Source: Ignavibacteriota bacterium
Lineage (GTDB): Bacteria > Bacteroidota > Ignavibacteria > UBA10030
Length of the DNA stretch: 64,000 nt
Assembly: GCA_963727825.1 (NCBI GenBank)
Contig: CAVSHO010000009.1
Location: 160,001 to 224,000 of the forward strand
Reading direction: 5' to 3'
Shown here: positions 18,753 through 29,118 of the stretch, one piece after another
How the letters are laid out: every line of letters begins with the position of its first letter
Position numbering within the stretch: position 1 is the first letter of the stretch
The notes under the pieces: model-generated
What the model was told of the DNA's origin: nothing
Seen by the model: only the letters and a program-made list of their open reading frames with translations
Database searches by the model: none
Made by a program: the position numbers and the translations under genes

Positions 18753-19781
18753 CTATTCTAAATAGAATCCAGCAGATAGATATCCAACCCAATGCTTGAG
18801 TGAAAATGGCGCGGTTATTCCCATACCAGTCTGCTTTAATGGAATAACTCCTTCCGTGTAAGAATCTGAATACCGGAGGATTGTTCCACAAAGTTTTTTC
18901 CCGTACGCCTTGACCATCGTCTTTTGTATTGTTAGCAAACCAAATGGAATTGAAAATTTTCCGCACCATACTTTATTTTTCATTTCTTCTGTGAAGTCCC
19001 GGATTTTCATTGTATCAACTCTTCCGGATAGATCTCGATTAGCAACTTGTTGATCTTTTTCAATACCTTTTGCGTGAGCTCTAGTATCTTCTCCCCAAAT
19101 AATATTATCAAAATCTTTACCGTAATGATTAGCATCTGATGAGCAAAGGAAAAATAAATCACGCCCAGGAACAAGTTGGTTTTTCTTTATGTAATCAGAA
19201 ATGACAACACTCAGTTTTTCAGCCAACTCATCCATTCGCTCGAATGGCATTGCAGTCACCATTATCGGTGTGATGCGAATATCGGGATTGAAATACTGAA
19301 GCCAAGGGATCATCGCTTCTATAGAATGTTCAAGCCGATGTGCTTTGTTGTTCACTTTGAAGTATTGCGTATCAATCCTGTTCCTTATGAATTCTCTAAG
19401 AGGAGATATTGCAACGTCTTTTCCGCAGCCCGCCCAAGATTTATACTCATCGAGCAGTAGAATTCCCTTTGGATCCCCAATTTCTTTCCTTACCGTCCCA
19501 TGCGTTACACCAAAGATAACTACTTCCTTAGGTTTGATTAATCGGAAGAGAGGATAATAGACATGTCCGGCATAAAGATAGTCATCATGGGGAGAAATGC
19601 CAGCAACAAAATCCATACAAGGCATGGAATCCTGTTCAGTCGATGCCAGATAACCAATAAGCCGCGTCATTTGTTGAGAATTCCAGCAATAACCGACGCT
19701 ATCTCGAATGGGACGAATATCCTGGGCAGCCAGATGCGATAACGAGAACCACACTGCCAAAATAATAGATGAAGTTTTCAT
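18753..19781 (-). CDS. MEMO1/AmmeMemoRadiSam protein B-like protein with a signal peptide
   Basis: PHDDYLYAG, GVTH, EHSIE, SSDANHYG, WCG and WVGY motifs; hydrophobic N-terminus. Confidence 0.85.
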   Translation of the reverse strand: MKTSSIILAVWFSLSHLAAQDIRPIRDSVGYCWNSQQMTRLIGYLASTEQDSMPCMDFVAGISPHDDYLYAGHVYYPLFRLIKPKEVVIFGVTHGTVRKEIGDPKGILLLDEYKSWAGCGKDVAISPLREFIRNRIDTQYFKVNNKAHRLEHSIEAMIPWLQYFNPDIRITPIMVTAMPFERMDELAEKLSVVISDYIKKNQLVPGRDLFFLCSSDANHYGKDFDNIIWGEDTRAHAKGIEKDQQVANRDLSGRVDTMKIRDFTEEMKNKVWCGKFSIPFGLLTIQKTMVKAYGKKLCGTILRYSDSYTEGVIPLKQTGMGITAPFSLKHWVGYLSAGFYLE

Positions 19782-19830
19782 CGCGGATTCCCTTTGAGCT
19801 ATGAAGAATTGAATCTTAGTAATAATAACG

Positions 19831-19859
19831 AAAAAAAAGCCGTCATCAAAGATGACGGC
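19831..19859 (-). terminator. Rho-independent terminator
   Basis: GCCGTCATC-AAA-GATGACGGC with an A8 tract (U tract on the minus strand). Confidence 0.8.
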
Positions 19860-19937
19860 GTCAAAAGTGAAGATTAGCCATTAAAGCGTTCTCTCATAGC
19901 ACGAATATCCTACTATGGTATTTCAATTATTTCCCAA

Positions 19938-20918
19938 TTATTTTTTTCTAATTTGTGGTAGCATCAAGAGTGCAACAATTAAAATCAAAGCTATTCCGGT
20001 TGTATATGTCGCCCAAGGATTAGCAATACGGGATTCGACAGTCATCGTATAATCTGTAAAGCAGAAATAGTTTTCATCAAGTTTCCATGAAACTTTATTA
20101 CCTTCAACTGTGCTTGCATTAGTGTTCAAGATTATTCCAGGCATCACTACTTCGTTTATATATTTACCATCAGCCTCACTCATAAATTCGTATTTGGAAG
20201 TAAGTGATTTTTTTATACCATCTATTTGCCGCTCCAATTTATCCCTAAATTTTAGACCAAGTATTTTATCCTGATCTTCTATATTATCTTTTTTGTCTTT
20301 GAAGAAATCAACACGTTTATTGATAAATTCATCTTTTTTGGAAAGAAAGATACTCACTGGAAGGGATGGATCGTTAAGACTTTTCACGGAATCTATGAGC
20401 TGTCCATAGAATTCTTCAAAACTGTTTTTCATTATAAACTCATCCAGCCTCTCTTTTAGCGCTTGGCTAGTATCTCTTTTTTCATATTGAGCATATTCCT
20501 CATTGGTCAAAAAAGAGTCAAGCGCAATGTTCTTAAATGGAAAATAAGATTTGTATGTTTCTTGATAATTGAAGTATGTGTAAAACCATCTGAACTTCTT
20601 TTCAAACTTGATATCAACGCCAACCTTGCCTGCTCTTCTATATTCATTATTCATCTGATTGACATCGTCAAACCTCTTATTTGCAATATAGACCTTTTCT
20701 TTCGATGAATCTTTCTCTATACGACTCTCCCAGCTTTTATCAGTTGGAACTGGAAAAGACGAAGATGTATCGCTGTCACTCTTAACAAAGATTGTTCTCT
20801 TGCAAGATCCATCGCTATTAATTTTTGTTGTTGTCCTTTGCTCATGGTTGCAGCTATACCCTGTGAACAAAAAAATGGCAATGATTGCTGTAATCGGAAA
20901 TGTTGAGTTTGTATTCAT
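19938..20918 (-). CDS. Hypothetical exported/lipoprotein with a C-terminal TM anchor
   Basis: Signal-like N-terminus ending GYSC and a hydrophobic C-terminus. Confidence 0.7.
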   Translation of the reverse strand: MNTNSTFPITAIIAIFLFTGYSCNHEQRTTTKINSDGSCKRTIFVKSDSDTSSSFPVPTDKSWESRIEKDSSKEKVYIANKRFDDVNQMNNEYRRAGKVGVDIKFEKKFRWFYTYFNYQETYKSYFPFKNIALDSFLTNEEYAQYEKRDTSQALKERLDEFIMKNSFEEFYGQLIDSVKSLNDPSLPVSIFLSKKDEFINKRVDFFKDKKDNIEDQDKILGLKFRDKLERQIDGIKKSLTSKYEFMSEADGKYINEVVMPGIILNTNASTVEGNKVSWKLDENYFCFTDYTMTVESRIANPWATYTTGIALILIVALLMLPQIRKK

Positions 20919-21661
20919 TATCGTTTTTCCTTATGGTTGCTTCGTTCTAATTCTTTCTTTAACCGTTCGATTTCGTTTCGAAGCATTTCAAGTTCCTTAT
21001 CTTTCTCTGCAGAATTAAATTTTGGGTATCTATCTTTATAAAATTGATCCTGCATCTCATCCAACCTTTTGCGTGATGCTTCATCTAATGTTTTGTAATT
21101 ATTCAACAACAACTGGAGATCCTCTTTCTTCATAAGAATAAGTTTGTTAGTCAGTTCTATATAAGAACTGCTCCCATCAGACAGTTCGTAAAAATCATAC
21201 AGAAAATCTGGAACATTAACTCCGGGTAGAATAATGCTTGCCCGGCTGAAATTATGTTGCACACCTAATCGTCGTTCCAGATTAACTATTTTTAGCATGT
21301 CGCTGTATTCCATAAATAGATAGGTCATTCCACACATGAGGATTACGATACTACAAGCAAATCGGACAATTTGTATACTGAATACGTCACTCAGGCGATC
21401 AAGAAATGTATTAGTCTTCTCCACTTGTCTTTCGTTGACAATAGCTGCAAGAATTGAATCTGTCAAAGCTTGCTCGTTTCGGATGCGGGGTATTGCCTTC
21501 TTGATTTTATCAAGTATTAGGTTGGCTTTCGATACTTCCTGAAAGATCGTTTTACAAGTTTCGCAATCAGTAATATGCTCCTTTAAGAATTCTCTTTCAG
21601 CCGGATCGAGGTCTTCGATTCTTGTCGAGTAAAGAAGTTGTTGCAGTTCTTCGCATGTCAT
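20918..21661 (-). CDS. Zinc-finger anti-sigma factor-like membrane protein
   Basis: HITDCETC (HxxxCxxC), one TM helix, coupled to an ECF sigma gene. Confidence 0.8.
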   Translation of the reverse strand: MTCEELQQLLYSTRIEDLDPAEREFLKEHITDCETCKTIFQEVSKANLILDKIKKAIPRIRNEQALTDSILAAIVNERQVEKTNTFLDRLSDVFSIQIVRFACSIVILMCGMTYLFMEYSDMLKIVNLERRLGVQHNFSRASIILPGVNVPDFLYDFYELSDGSSSYIELTNKLILMKKEDLQLLLNNYKTLDEASRKRLDEMQDQFYKDRYPKFNSAEKDKELEMLRNEIERLKKELERSNHKEKR

Positions 21662-22236
21662 AAGCTTGCCTCTAACGCCATCAATTTCTTTCTGATGTTT
21701 TGTCTTGCATAGAACAAGTTTGTTTTTATCGCTGATTCAGACATGCCAGTAATGTCAGTAACTTCTTCAATGGTCAGGTCCTGTAAATCTCTCAATAGAA
21801 AAATCATTTTCTGCTTTTCAGATAATCCATCAGCAATATGTTTGATCAACGCCAACGTTTCTTTATTGGTTAAATCCCGTTCTATATCGATATTTTCGAT
21901 GCAGTCATCTTTAGAGGAATTGTCACTCAGTCTTACGAATACTCTCGTTCTTCTTTTATTGGACTTAGCTCTGTCATAGCATAGATTGACAACGATCTTG
22001 TACATCCATGTTGTGAATTTCATTTTTGAATCGAAATCTCGTAGGTGATTCCAAATCCTGATAAAACTTTCCTGAACAACATCTTCGGCGTCATCTTCAT
22101 CGCAAAAAAACCTGAATGCAATAGAGTATGCGTATGATTGATGATACTTGACGATTTCCTTAAAAGCTGTTACATCGCCTTTTTTGGCATCTTCAATGAG
22201 TTTTATAATTGCATCAGCCGGTTTATTATTTTGCAT
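21658..22236 (-). CDS. ECF RNA polymerase sigma factor
   Basis: AEDVVQESFIRIW, FTTWMYKI..NLCYD and a region 4 HTH. Confidence 0.93.
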   Translation of the reverse strand: MQNNKPADAIIKLIEDAKKGDVTAFKEIVKYHQSYAYSIAFRFFCDEDDAEDVVQESFIRIWNHLRDFDSKMKFTTWMYKIVVNLCYDRAKSNKRRTRVFVRLSDNSSKDDCIENIDIERDLTNKETLALIKHIADGLSEKQKMIFLLRDLQDLTIEEVTDITGMSESAIKTNLFYARQNIRKKLMALEASL

Positions 22237-22263
22237 TCGAAGGTGTCTTTGTTCTTGAAATGA

Positions 22264-22286
22264 TACGACACAAGAAGATAAAGGTT
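22264..22286 (-). promoter_or_regulatory. Putative ECF-type promoter
   Basis: The minus strand reads AAC-N16-CGTA just upstream of the sigma ATG. Confidence 0.55.
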
Positions 22287-22385
22287 AAAGGTGAAGGAAG
22301 CTATTCAACAGATCAAGACAAATATCAAACATGCCCTAGATGATTATTATTTAAATTAATTCTTTAAAAAGGACATGTTGATAAT

Positions 22386-22434
22386 AAAAAAGCCGTCATC
22401 AAATGCCGAAGGCATGCCTTTGGCAGATGACGGC
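22386..22434 (-). terminator. Terminator with the same stem as 19831-19859 plus a 22-bp loop insert
   Basis: GCCGTCATC-AAA-[TGCCGAAGGCATGCCTTTGGCA]-GATGACGGC. Confidence 0.8.
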
Positions 22435-22464
22435 TAAGTTAAACCCTCGCAGGTATTCTTACGA

Positions 22465-23565
22465 TTATTTTGCAGACATCTTAAGAATTCTAATGTCGCT
22501 ATTTGAAGTCTCTAGAGTGATAGTTGGACCACCACCATTCAATGTATACACTGCGTAAACTTGATCATCTTCTTCTTTGTTTTCGTATTTATCTGCTTTG
22601 AAATCTGAACGAATAGTGAATTTCTTATGATGCCGTCCCCATCCATGATTTAGGTTGATAGTGGCTTCAACATTAGCTTTTGCGTTTTCAGGTAAGGAGA
22701 GTTCAATTTCTCCTCCTCCGGTCCTGATCGAACTATTTCCTGTACCGCCCGGAGTCAATTCACATTTAATGCTTCCTCCACCTGTTGCAACATCAACAAC
22801 CCCTGTTATATCTTCCATTTCCACACTGCCGCCGCCGGTTTTGACTTTCGCTCCATACTTCGCTCCTTGAACAGACACACTACCACCGCCAGTTGAAAGG
22901 TCAACCCAAGCGCTTGCATCTTCAACTTTTATGCTTCCCCCGCCAGTTGATGCACTTACTTTCCCGCCGGTTTCTCGCAATGAAATACTACCGCCCCCAG
23001 TCCTTGCATCCAGTGTCCCAGTGATAGTTCTGGTCTCAATACTTCCTCCGCCGGTTTGCATTGCGGCATTACCTTCAACCTTCTCCGCTTTAATACTGCC
23101 ACCACCCGTTTCAACATCAACCTTGCCGATAATGTGCTCAATCTTGATACTGCCACCTTTTGTTTCTGCTGTGAAGTCACCTGAAAGCACATCACTTTGT
23201 TTTACACTTCCACCAGATGTTTGAATATTCACATTGTATTTAGAAGGAACATGTATGGTGAATTCCAAATGATCAACATTATGGCGTGAATCTCTGTAGC
23301 TCACCGTAACATCGTTCCCAGACTGCTTCATAACAAGACGATCGGGATGGCGTTCATTGATACCTTCTGCTTCAACGAAGACCTCATCCTTCGACCATGG
23401 TTCAATGCGAACGGCACCCGGTTCCACATCGACTTCGAGTAACCCACCTTTTTGAACAATAAAAGATTTGGATTGATAATCGGACGCCTCATCTGATTTC
23501 CTCTGAGCAATTGAGAGCGATGGTATCATCAAGCCCATCAAAAGGAACACAAATATCTTTTTCAT
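22465..23565 (-). CDS. DUF4097-like beta-strand repeat exported protein
   Basis: Signal peptide, repeated TGGGSI motifs and a C-terminal NGGGPTITLETSNSDI. Confidence 0.85.
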   Translation of the reverse strand: MKKIFVFLLMGLMIPSLSIAQRKSDEASDYQSKSFIVQKGGLLEVDVEPGAVRIEPWSKDEVFVEAEGINERHPDRLVMKQSGNDVTVSYRDSRHNVDHLEFTIHVPSKYNVNIQTSGGSVKQSDVLSGDFTAETKGGSIKIEHIIGKVDVETGGGSIKAEKVEGNAAMQTGGGSIETRTITGTLDARTGGGSISLRETGGKVSASTGGGSIKVEDASAWVDLSTGGGSVSVQGAKYGAKVKTGGGSVEMEDITGVVDVATGGGSIKCELTPGGTGNSSIRTGGGEIELSLPENAKANVEATINLNHGWGRHHKKFTIRSDFKADKYENKEEDDQVYAVYTLNGGGPTITLETSNSDIRILKMSAK

Positions 23566-23621
23566 TTATATCCTCCACAAAAATTGTTCGTACATAGTTA
23601 TTTTCATTATTTTATTGCATG

Positions 23622-24771
23622 TTAATGCCGCAGCTTATGAATTTCGATATTCGAATTTGAAGTGCTCAGTTCAACCACTTCACCACCGCCATTGAGTTTA
23701 TAGACCGCATGGATTTCTCCGGCTCTTCACTTGTTTCGTACGATTCTTTTGGGAATTCTGATTTCACGACATAATCGGCTTAAAAATATTTCCAGCCCTT
23801 CAATCGAGATTAGTTGCTTCAATAGTCACTTTCGAATTTTCATCAATATAGAACCGAATATCTCCGCCTGCTGAAGATAACCTGCTTCTTCCTTTACCGC
23901 TGGGAATGAGTTCTGCTTCAACCTCACCGCCTGCTGTTTTTGCATCAATTGAACCCGTGATATTCTGCAATTTCACATCGCCGCCGGATGTTCTCGCATT
24001 GACTTTACCACTGGCGCCTTTTAATTCGATGTCGCCACCTGCTGTGTTAGCGTTGCTCTTCCTGAAACTTTACCAACATCAACATTGCCACCAGAAGTAG
24101 AGACACGCGCTTCTCCGCCAACATCACCAATGATAATATCGCCGCCGGCTGTTTTTGCTTCAAGAGTTTTTGATCACTGCCTCGACCCGAATATTGCCGC
24201 CCGATGTATTGACATAAAGTGAGCCATTTACGCTTCCAACATGTATATCGCCACCTGAAGTTTTAAGATGCCCTTCCCCTTCAAGTTTATCGGTAGTAAT
24301 ATTTCCCCCAGATGTCGACACATTAACAGGACCGCCAAATACGTTACCTAATTTGATATCACCACCCGAGGTCGATCCATCTATCTTTCCAGTAAGTCCG
24401 CCCTTTAGCTCTAAATTGCCTCCTGATGTATTAAGATCAAGATTGAATTGCGATGGTACATTCACATTGAAGCGTGCATGCCCGGACCCATCGCCCCATC
24501 GTGTTCGATACGACACACGCACGACATTTCCATTTTGGGACATCTTTACTTGATCAATGTCTTCATCATCAAGACCTTCAATATTCACATATACTTCATT
24601 CTTTTCCCAAGTTGAAATTCTAATATCTCCAACACTCGTCGTGATTTCGACTGTGCCTCCTTTGCTGACATTAAAGGATTTAGACCTAGATCCTTCTTCG
24701 CTTGCTAAGACGAATGTTAGTGTAAACAATGCCGCGATGGCAGCAATAAGCATTCGATTAAGAGTTTTCAT
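23622..24771 (-). CDS. DUF4097-like beta-strand repeat protein, with several frameshifts
   Basis: TSGGDI repeats continue in alternate frames past 24160 to NGGGEVVELSTSNSNIEIHKLRH*. Confidence 0.8.
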
Positions 24772-25745
24772 TGTTGTACCTCCTGCAAAGCTAACTTTGC
24801 CCTGATTCTGATATAATTATTATCGTCTGATTGAGCCTTGTTCTTGAACATATCAAGAATCTCACGGTTCATCGGTTGGTTTTCATATTTCGATAAGTCT
24901 AACGAATTAATCGCTGTAATCTTCAAACCTGTATTTGATTCATTCGCTAAAACATTAAGGAATGCATGTACGATGACAGGATCCGGTAAATAATTCTTAA
25001 GCACTTTGATAGCCTCTTTTCGCACACCGAGATTCCGATCATGCAGCAGTGCAGTGATGAGAGCGGTTTTCACTTCAGAATCAAGCGCTGGAACACCGGC
25101 TTGTTTTTGCTCAGCCTGTGTACCAATCATATTCACAGCACGAAGTCGGATACCCGCGTTCTGATCGCTTACGAGCGCTCGAGCCAGAACTTTCTGTACA
25201 TTCTCATCATTGACGTTGCCGCGAATACGCACAGGCGTGATAGTTTCAAATGTGAATTCCACATCTCCATTTTGCGAGTTACGATCCAGAAAATGGATAT
25301 TCGTTATTTGAGATTCTCCCGCTTCCATCGTAGACGATCCAAATGCCGTCTGTCGCAGTGGTGAGTATTTTTCAGATGGTGATTTAAAAACGAAATAACC
25401 AACAAGGATTCCAATTACGAGAGTTGCAGCTCCGCCCAACGCGACTTGAAGCGGCGGAGCAAGAAATTCATTGAGCATGCTCTTTAATTTCGTCCACAAG
25501 GATTTTTGCTCAGAATCGGCTTGGATTCGTAAGCGCAGATTTCTTCGCGCATCCTGCAATAACGGCTCCTGTATAACAATTGGTCGATGATGTGCCAAGG
25601 TCGCATGGATTTTTTTTAATTCATTTAATTCAATACGACAGTGTTCACATGTCACAAGATGATCATCAAGAAGTGTTCGTTCTTGTTCACTCAATTCATC
25701 ATAAAGGGAAAGCTGGAGCCATCCCTCAAATTGTTTGTGTTTCAT
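24768..25745 (-). CDS. Anti-sigma factor (zinc finger + TM + HEAT repeats)
   Basis: HLVTCEHC, a TM helix, and DQNAGIRLRAV / DRNLGVRKEAI HEAT-like repeats. Confidence 0.85.
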   Translation of the reverse strand: MKHKQFEGWLQLSLYDELSEQERTLLDDHLVTCEHCRIELNELKKIHATLAHHRPIVIQEPLLQDARRNLRLRIQADSEQKSLWTKLKSMLNEFLAPPLQVALGGAATLVIGILVGYFVFKSPSEKYSPLRQTAFGSSTMEAGESQITNIHFLDRNSQNGDVEFTFETITPVRIRGNVNDENVQKVLARALVSDQNAGIRLRAVNMIGTQAEQKQAGVPALDSEVKTALITALLHDRNLGVRKEAIKVLKNYLPDPVIVHAFLNVLANESNTGLKITAINSLDLSKYENQPMNREILDMFKNKAQSDDNNYIRIRAKLALQEVQQ

Positions 25746-25767
25746 ATACCGTTCCTCGTTTTCTATT

Positions 25768-26346
25768 TCAACTTGCAATATCTTTTAATTGCTTTCTTAA
25801 ACGCGCGGTCGCTTCAAATAAATACTTTTTAACAGTTCCTTCGTTGCATTTCAATATTCCGGCAATCTCTTTCAATTTATAACCATCATAGTGCTTAAGT
25901 GAAAAGACCATCCTCTGGCGCGGTGATAGAGTCTTCAGCGCTTGTTCCACTCTCATTGAAATCTCTGCGTCACGCGTCTGTTGATCGGTCGTCGTATTAT
26001 CGGACAATGTGTCTTTCAATGCATGCGGTTGACCGTCTTCATCGTTCACATTTTGATCGAGCGACGTATGAGAATGTCTTCGTCCGCGCATCCGATGACT
26101 TAAGCAAACATTAGTCGTAATCCGAAAGAGCCAAGTTGAAAATTCACTCTTATATCGGAATTTTGGCAAACCTTTATAGACTCTAAGGAATACCTCTTGA
26201 TAGATATCCTTTGCATCGTCGGAGCAACTTACATAACCTGCCGCAATGGTCAGAACTCGCTTATCATATCGCTGGACAAGCTGCTCGAACGCTTCCATAC
26301 TCCCGCGCTGGGTTTGTATAATTAATTCAGTGTCGTTGGATGCCAT
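25768..26346 (-). CDS. ECF RNA polymerase sigma factor (start may be 26346 or 26376)
   Basis: AKDIYQEVFLRVY, FSTWLFRI..N and LSPRQRMVF...EGTVKKYL motifs. Confidence 0.92.
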   Translation of the reverse strand: MASNDTELIIQTQRGSMEAFEQLVQRYDKRVLTIAAGYVSCSDDAKDIYQEVFLRVYKGLPKFRYKSEFSTWLFRITTNVCLSHRMRGRRHSHTSLDQNVNDEDGQPHALKDTLSDNTTTDQQTRDAEISMRVEQALKTLSPRQRMVFSLKHYDGYKLKEIAGILKCNEGTVKKYLFEATARLRKQLKDIAS

Positions 26347-26380
26347 ACGCTCGGAATTCCTTTGTTTGTCAGACATAGAA

Positions 26381-26406
26381 TTAGACCTTTGATCTGTGAA
26401 AAGGTT
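26381..26406 (-). promoter_or_regulatory. Putative ECF (sigmaE-like) promoter
   Basis: The minus strand reads AACCTT-N15-TCTAA immediately upstream of the sigma gene. Confidence 0.55.
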
Positions 26407-26555
26407 GGGGCTTAAATGCAAGATAGTGAGTGATAGGACTCCATTCAAGCCCGTATACTGTTATGCAATGGCTTGCTTCCATCCTTACGCCTTGATATAT
26501 TCTAAAAGAGACAATCTTTAAGCTGATATTAAAGACATATCAATATAGAATTTCG

Positions 26556-27464
26556 ATGGAAATCATCTATAATCTGTTTATTCTGTCCATTCTCTTTCTT
26601 ATTCAGGCGACTTTTGTTCTTCTTGTCGCTGGACCGCTCATTCTCTTAAAACCCATCCGGCGTAAAAAGGATTGGTATGCGCGGTTCACAAATCTTTTAG
26701 AACCGAAAGATGCAGGACTTCCTCAGGAAAATGTAACCGTAGAGACATTTGATGGACTGAAATTAAGCTGTTGGTTCGTGCATCAAAAGAAAAAAGCACG
26801 CGGCACTATCATATATCTGCACGGAGTTGGTGATTGTAAAATCGCCGGTGTGCCCTTTGTGCGTTCTCTTTATGGCAATGGATTTAATATATTTCTTTAT
26901 GATTCACGTCAACATGGCGAAAGCGAAGGATATTATTGCACCTACGGCTTTTATGAAAAGCACGATGTCTCGGCAGTGATTTCGTACTTGCAATCAAGAA
27001 AAGATATTAAGGTTGGTAAAATTGGCATCTTCGGAACATCAATGGGTGGAGCAGTGGCAATTCAAGCCGCCGCTATTGATCCCCGGATTGCTTGCGTTGT
27101 TTCAGAAGGAAGCTATACTGCATTGCGGATTGTTTTCGTTGATTACCAAAAACGGATTATTAAACTTCCCTGGCATTTCCTAAGGAACATTGCATTGGTG
27201 CAATCCCAAAAAATGGCAAACTTCAAAGCAAGACTTGTCGCACCAATTGAAGATATTAAACGCGTGCATGTACCGGTCTTAATCGTTCATGGGAAAAACG
27301 ATTCTTTCATTAAATCTAATTACTCCAAGCTTCTGTACGATGCCGCCAACGAACCAAAGCAACTTCTTCTAATCGATGGCGCCGAACATACAAATGTTTG
27401 GGAAATTGGCGGCCAGATATATGAAAATTCCATCACCACGTTTTTTAGGGAACATTTGAAATAG
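26556..27464 (+). CDS. Alpha/beta hydrolase
   Basis: YLHG, HGESEG, the GTSMGG nucleophile elbow, HGKND and GAEH; N-terminal TM. Confidence 0.9.
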   Translation: MEIIYNLFILSILFLIQATFVLLVAGPLILLKPIRRKKDWYARFTNLLEPKDAGLPQENVTVETFDGLKLSCWFVHQKKKARGTIIYLHGVGDCKIAGVPFVRSLYGNGFNIFLYDSRQHGESEGYYCTYGFYEKHDVSAVISYLQSRKDIKVGKIGIFGTSMGGAVAIQAAAIDPRIACVVSEGSYTALRIVFVDYQKRIIKLPWHFLRNIALVQSQKMANFKARLVAPIEDIKRVHVPVLIVHGKNDSFIKSNYSKLLYDAANEPKQLLLIDGAEHTNVWEIGGQIYENSITTFFREHLK

Positions 27465-27531
27465 GATAGTTTCTTCGGAATGTAGTTTAGTTATGCTCGC
27501 TGCCAACTAATCATATATTATTCTTTTCAAT

Positions 27532-29031
27532 CTACCTTCTGTGTAATAGCGCTACATTCTCAATATGGAATGTATGCGGAAACATATCTACTGGTTGAAG
27601 TTTGATCAACTGATATTTTTCAGCGCAGAGTAATTTCACATCGCGTGCCTGCGTTGCCGGATTGCAGCTGACATAGACAATGCGGTCCGGCGCCAATACA
27701 AGAATTTCTTCTACAACTTTGGGGTGCATGCCGTTGCGGGGCGGGTCGATGACGAGCACATCCGGTTTCGAGTGAGACGCCATCCAAGATGTATCTTTGG
27801 TTAGTTTGTCTTTTAAATCTCCAAGAAGGAAATGGCAATTCGTAATGTTGTTTGACTGGGCGTTCTTTTCTGCATCGCGGATGGCACTTTCTACAGATTC
27901 TATTCCAACTACTTCCTTCACCGTATCCGAAATAAATATAGCAATAGAACCCGTTCCGGAGTAAAGATCGAATACAACATCTGTCGATTTGAGTTCTCCG
28001 AATTCTTTCACCACACCGTATAGTTTTTCCGCTTGCGCTACGTTCGTTTGGAAGAATGAGCTTGCCGAGATAGAGAAATCATGATTGCCCAATCTCTCAT
28101 GAATCCATCCATTGCTGAGATAGACATTCTCTGTTTCCCCATACGCAATTTGTGCTTTCTTGTTATTAATTGTGTTCACAACTGTAGTCACTTGTTCAAT
28201 ACTCGCTTTTAATTCCGCTGCATATTGTTTCATTACATCCGGACGATTTTCGAATGTCACGAGATTTGCCATCACTTCTTTTGTCTTTTTGTCCCGTTGA
28301 ACGGGATTCCCAAAAGCAGAACTTTCGCGAATAACGAGGAAGCGGAGATAACCACTGTTGCGATCCGAATCATACACGTTAAGGTGATTCCGCCGGGCAA
28401 AGTCACGAGTAAAATTTAAAATCTGATTGGAAACAACAGACTGTAAATGACATTCATCAATATCTAAAACCTTATCATAGCGCTGCGGAACATGCAAGCC
28501 AAGAAAGATTGGAGACCCGCCTTCGGCGGGCAAGTTGAAAATGATTGACTCATCGTTGGGAGGGAGTTCTACTCCCGACCTTATGGGTAATGTTAACCAT
28601 TCTTTCTCGGCAAACGAATATTCCATTTTGCCGCGGTAGAAATAAATTTTATCCGCTCCAATAATAGGAAGAACATTGAGATTGGAAAATCCACCTATAC
28701 GTTCGAATGAATCAACCACCTGTTGCTGCTTAAATCGAAGCTGTGCTTGATAATCCACATGCTGCCACTTGCATCCTCCGCAAACACCAAAGTATTTACA
28801 TCGTGGATCTACTCGCAACGGCGATGGTCGTTCAATGCGAACAACTTTCGCCTCTGCAAAACTTTTCTTGATTTTCAAAAGCTTAGCAATTACTACATCG
28901 CCGGGAACAGCATTTTCAACAAAGACGACCAATCCTTCATGGCGAGCAACGGCTTTTCCTTCGAACGCAGCATCCGTGATCTCAAGTTGAAGTTCATCGC
29001 CACGATGTAACTCAATCATAGAATCCTTCAT
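27532..29031 (-). CDS. rlmD: 23S rRNA (uracil-5)-methyltransferase RlmD with short in-frame inserts
   Basis: TRAM domain, CGGCKWQH, SFFQTN, DLYSGTG, DPPR.G, YVSCNPATQARD and VDMFPHT motifs. Confidence 0.95.
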   Translation of the reverse strand: MKDSMIELHRGDELQLEITDAAFEGKAVARHEGLVVFVENAVPGDVVIAKLLKIKKSFAEAKVVRIERPSPLRVDPRCKYFGVCGGCKWQHVDYQAQLRFKQQQVVDSFERIGGFSNLNVLPIIGADKIYFYRGKMEYSFAEKEWLTLPIRSGVELPPNDESIIFNLPAEGGSPIFLGLHVPQRYDKVLDIDECHLQSVVSNQILNFTRDFARRNHLNVYDSDRNSGYLRFLVIRESSAFGNPVQRDKKTKEVMANLVTFENRPDVMKQYAAELKASIEQVTTVVNTINNKKAQIAYGETENVYLSNGWIHERLGNHDFSISASSFFQTNVAQAEKLYGVVKEFGELKSTDVVFDLYSGTGSIAIFISDTVKEVVGIESVESAIRDAEKNAQSNNITNCHFLLGDLKDKLTKDTSWMASHSKPDVLVIDPPRNGMHPKVVEEILVLAPDRIVYVSCNPATQARDVKLLCAEKYQLIKLQPVDMFPHTFHIENVALLHRR

Positions 29032-29118
29032 CCTATTCCAATACGAATAAAAAACCTCCGATAATTCTATCAGAGGTTTTACTCAACTGCTCAAAGACTT
29101 ATTACTTACAGACTTTCT

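Noticed and set aside
22700-24430. Recurring CCGCC/CCACC motifs as a DNA repeat array
   Set aside because: They are explained by the T(S/G)GG protein repeats of the DUF4097 genes; the codons vary synonymously.
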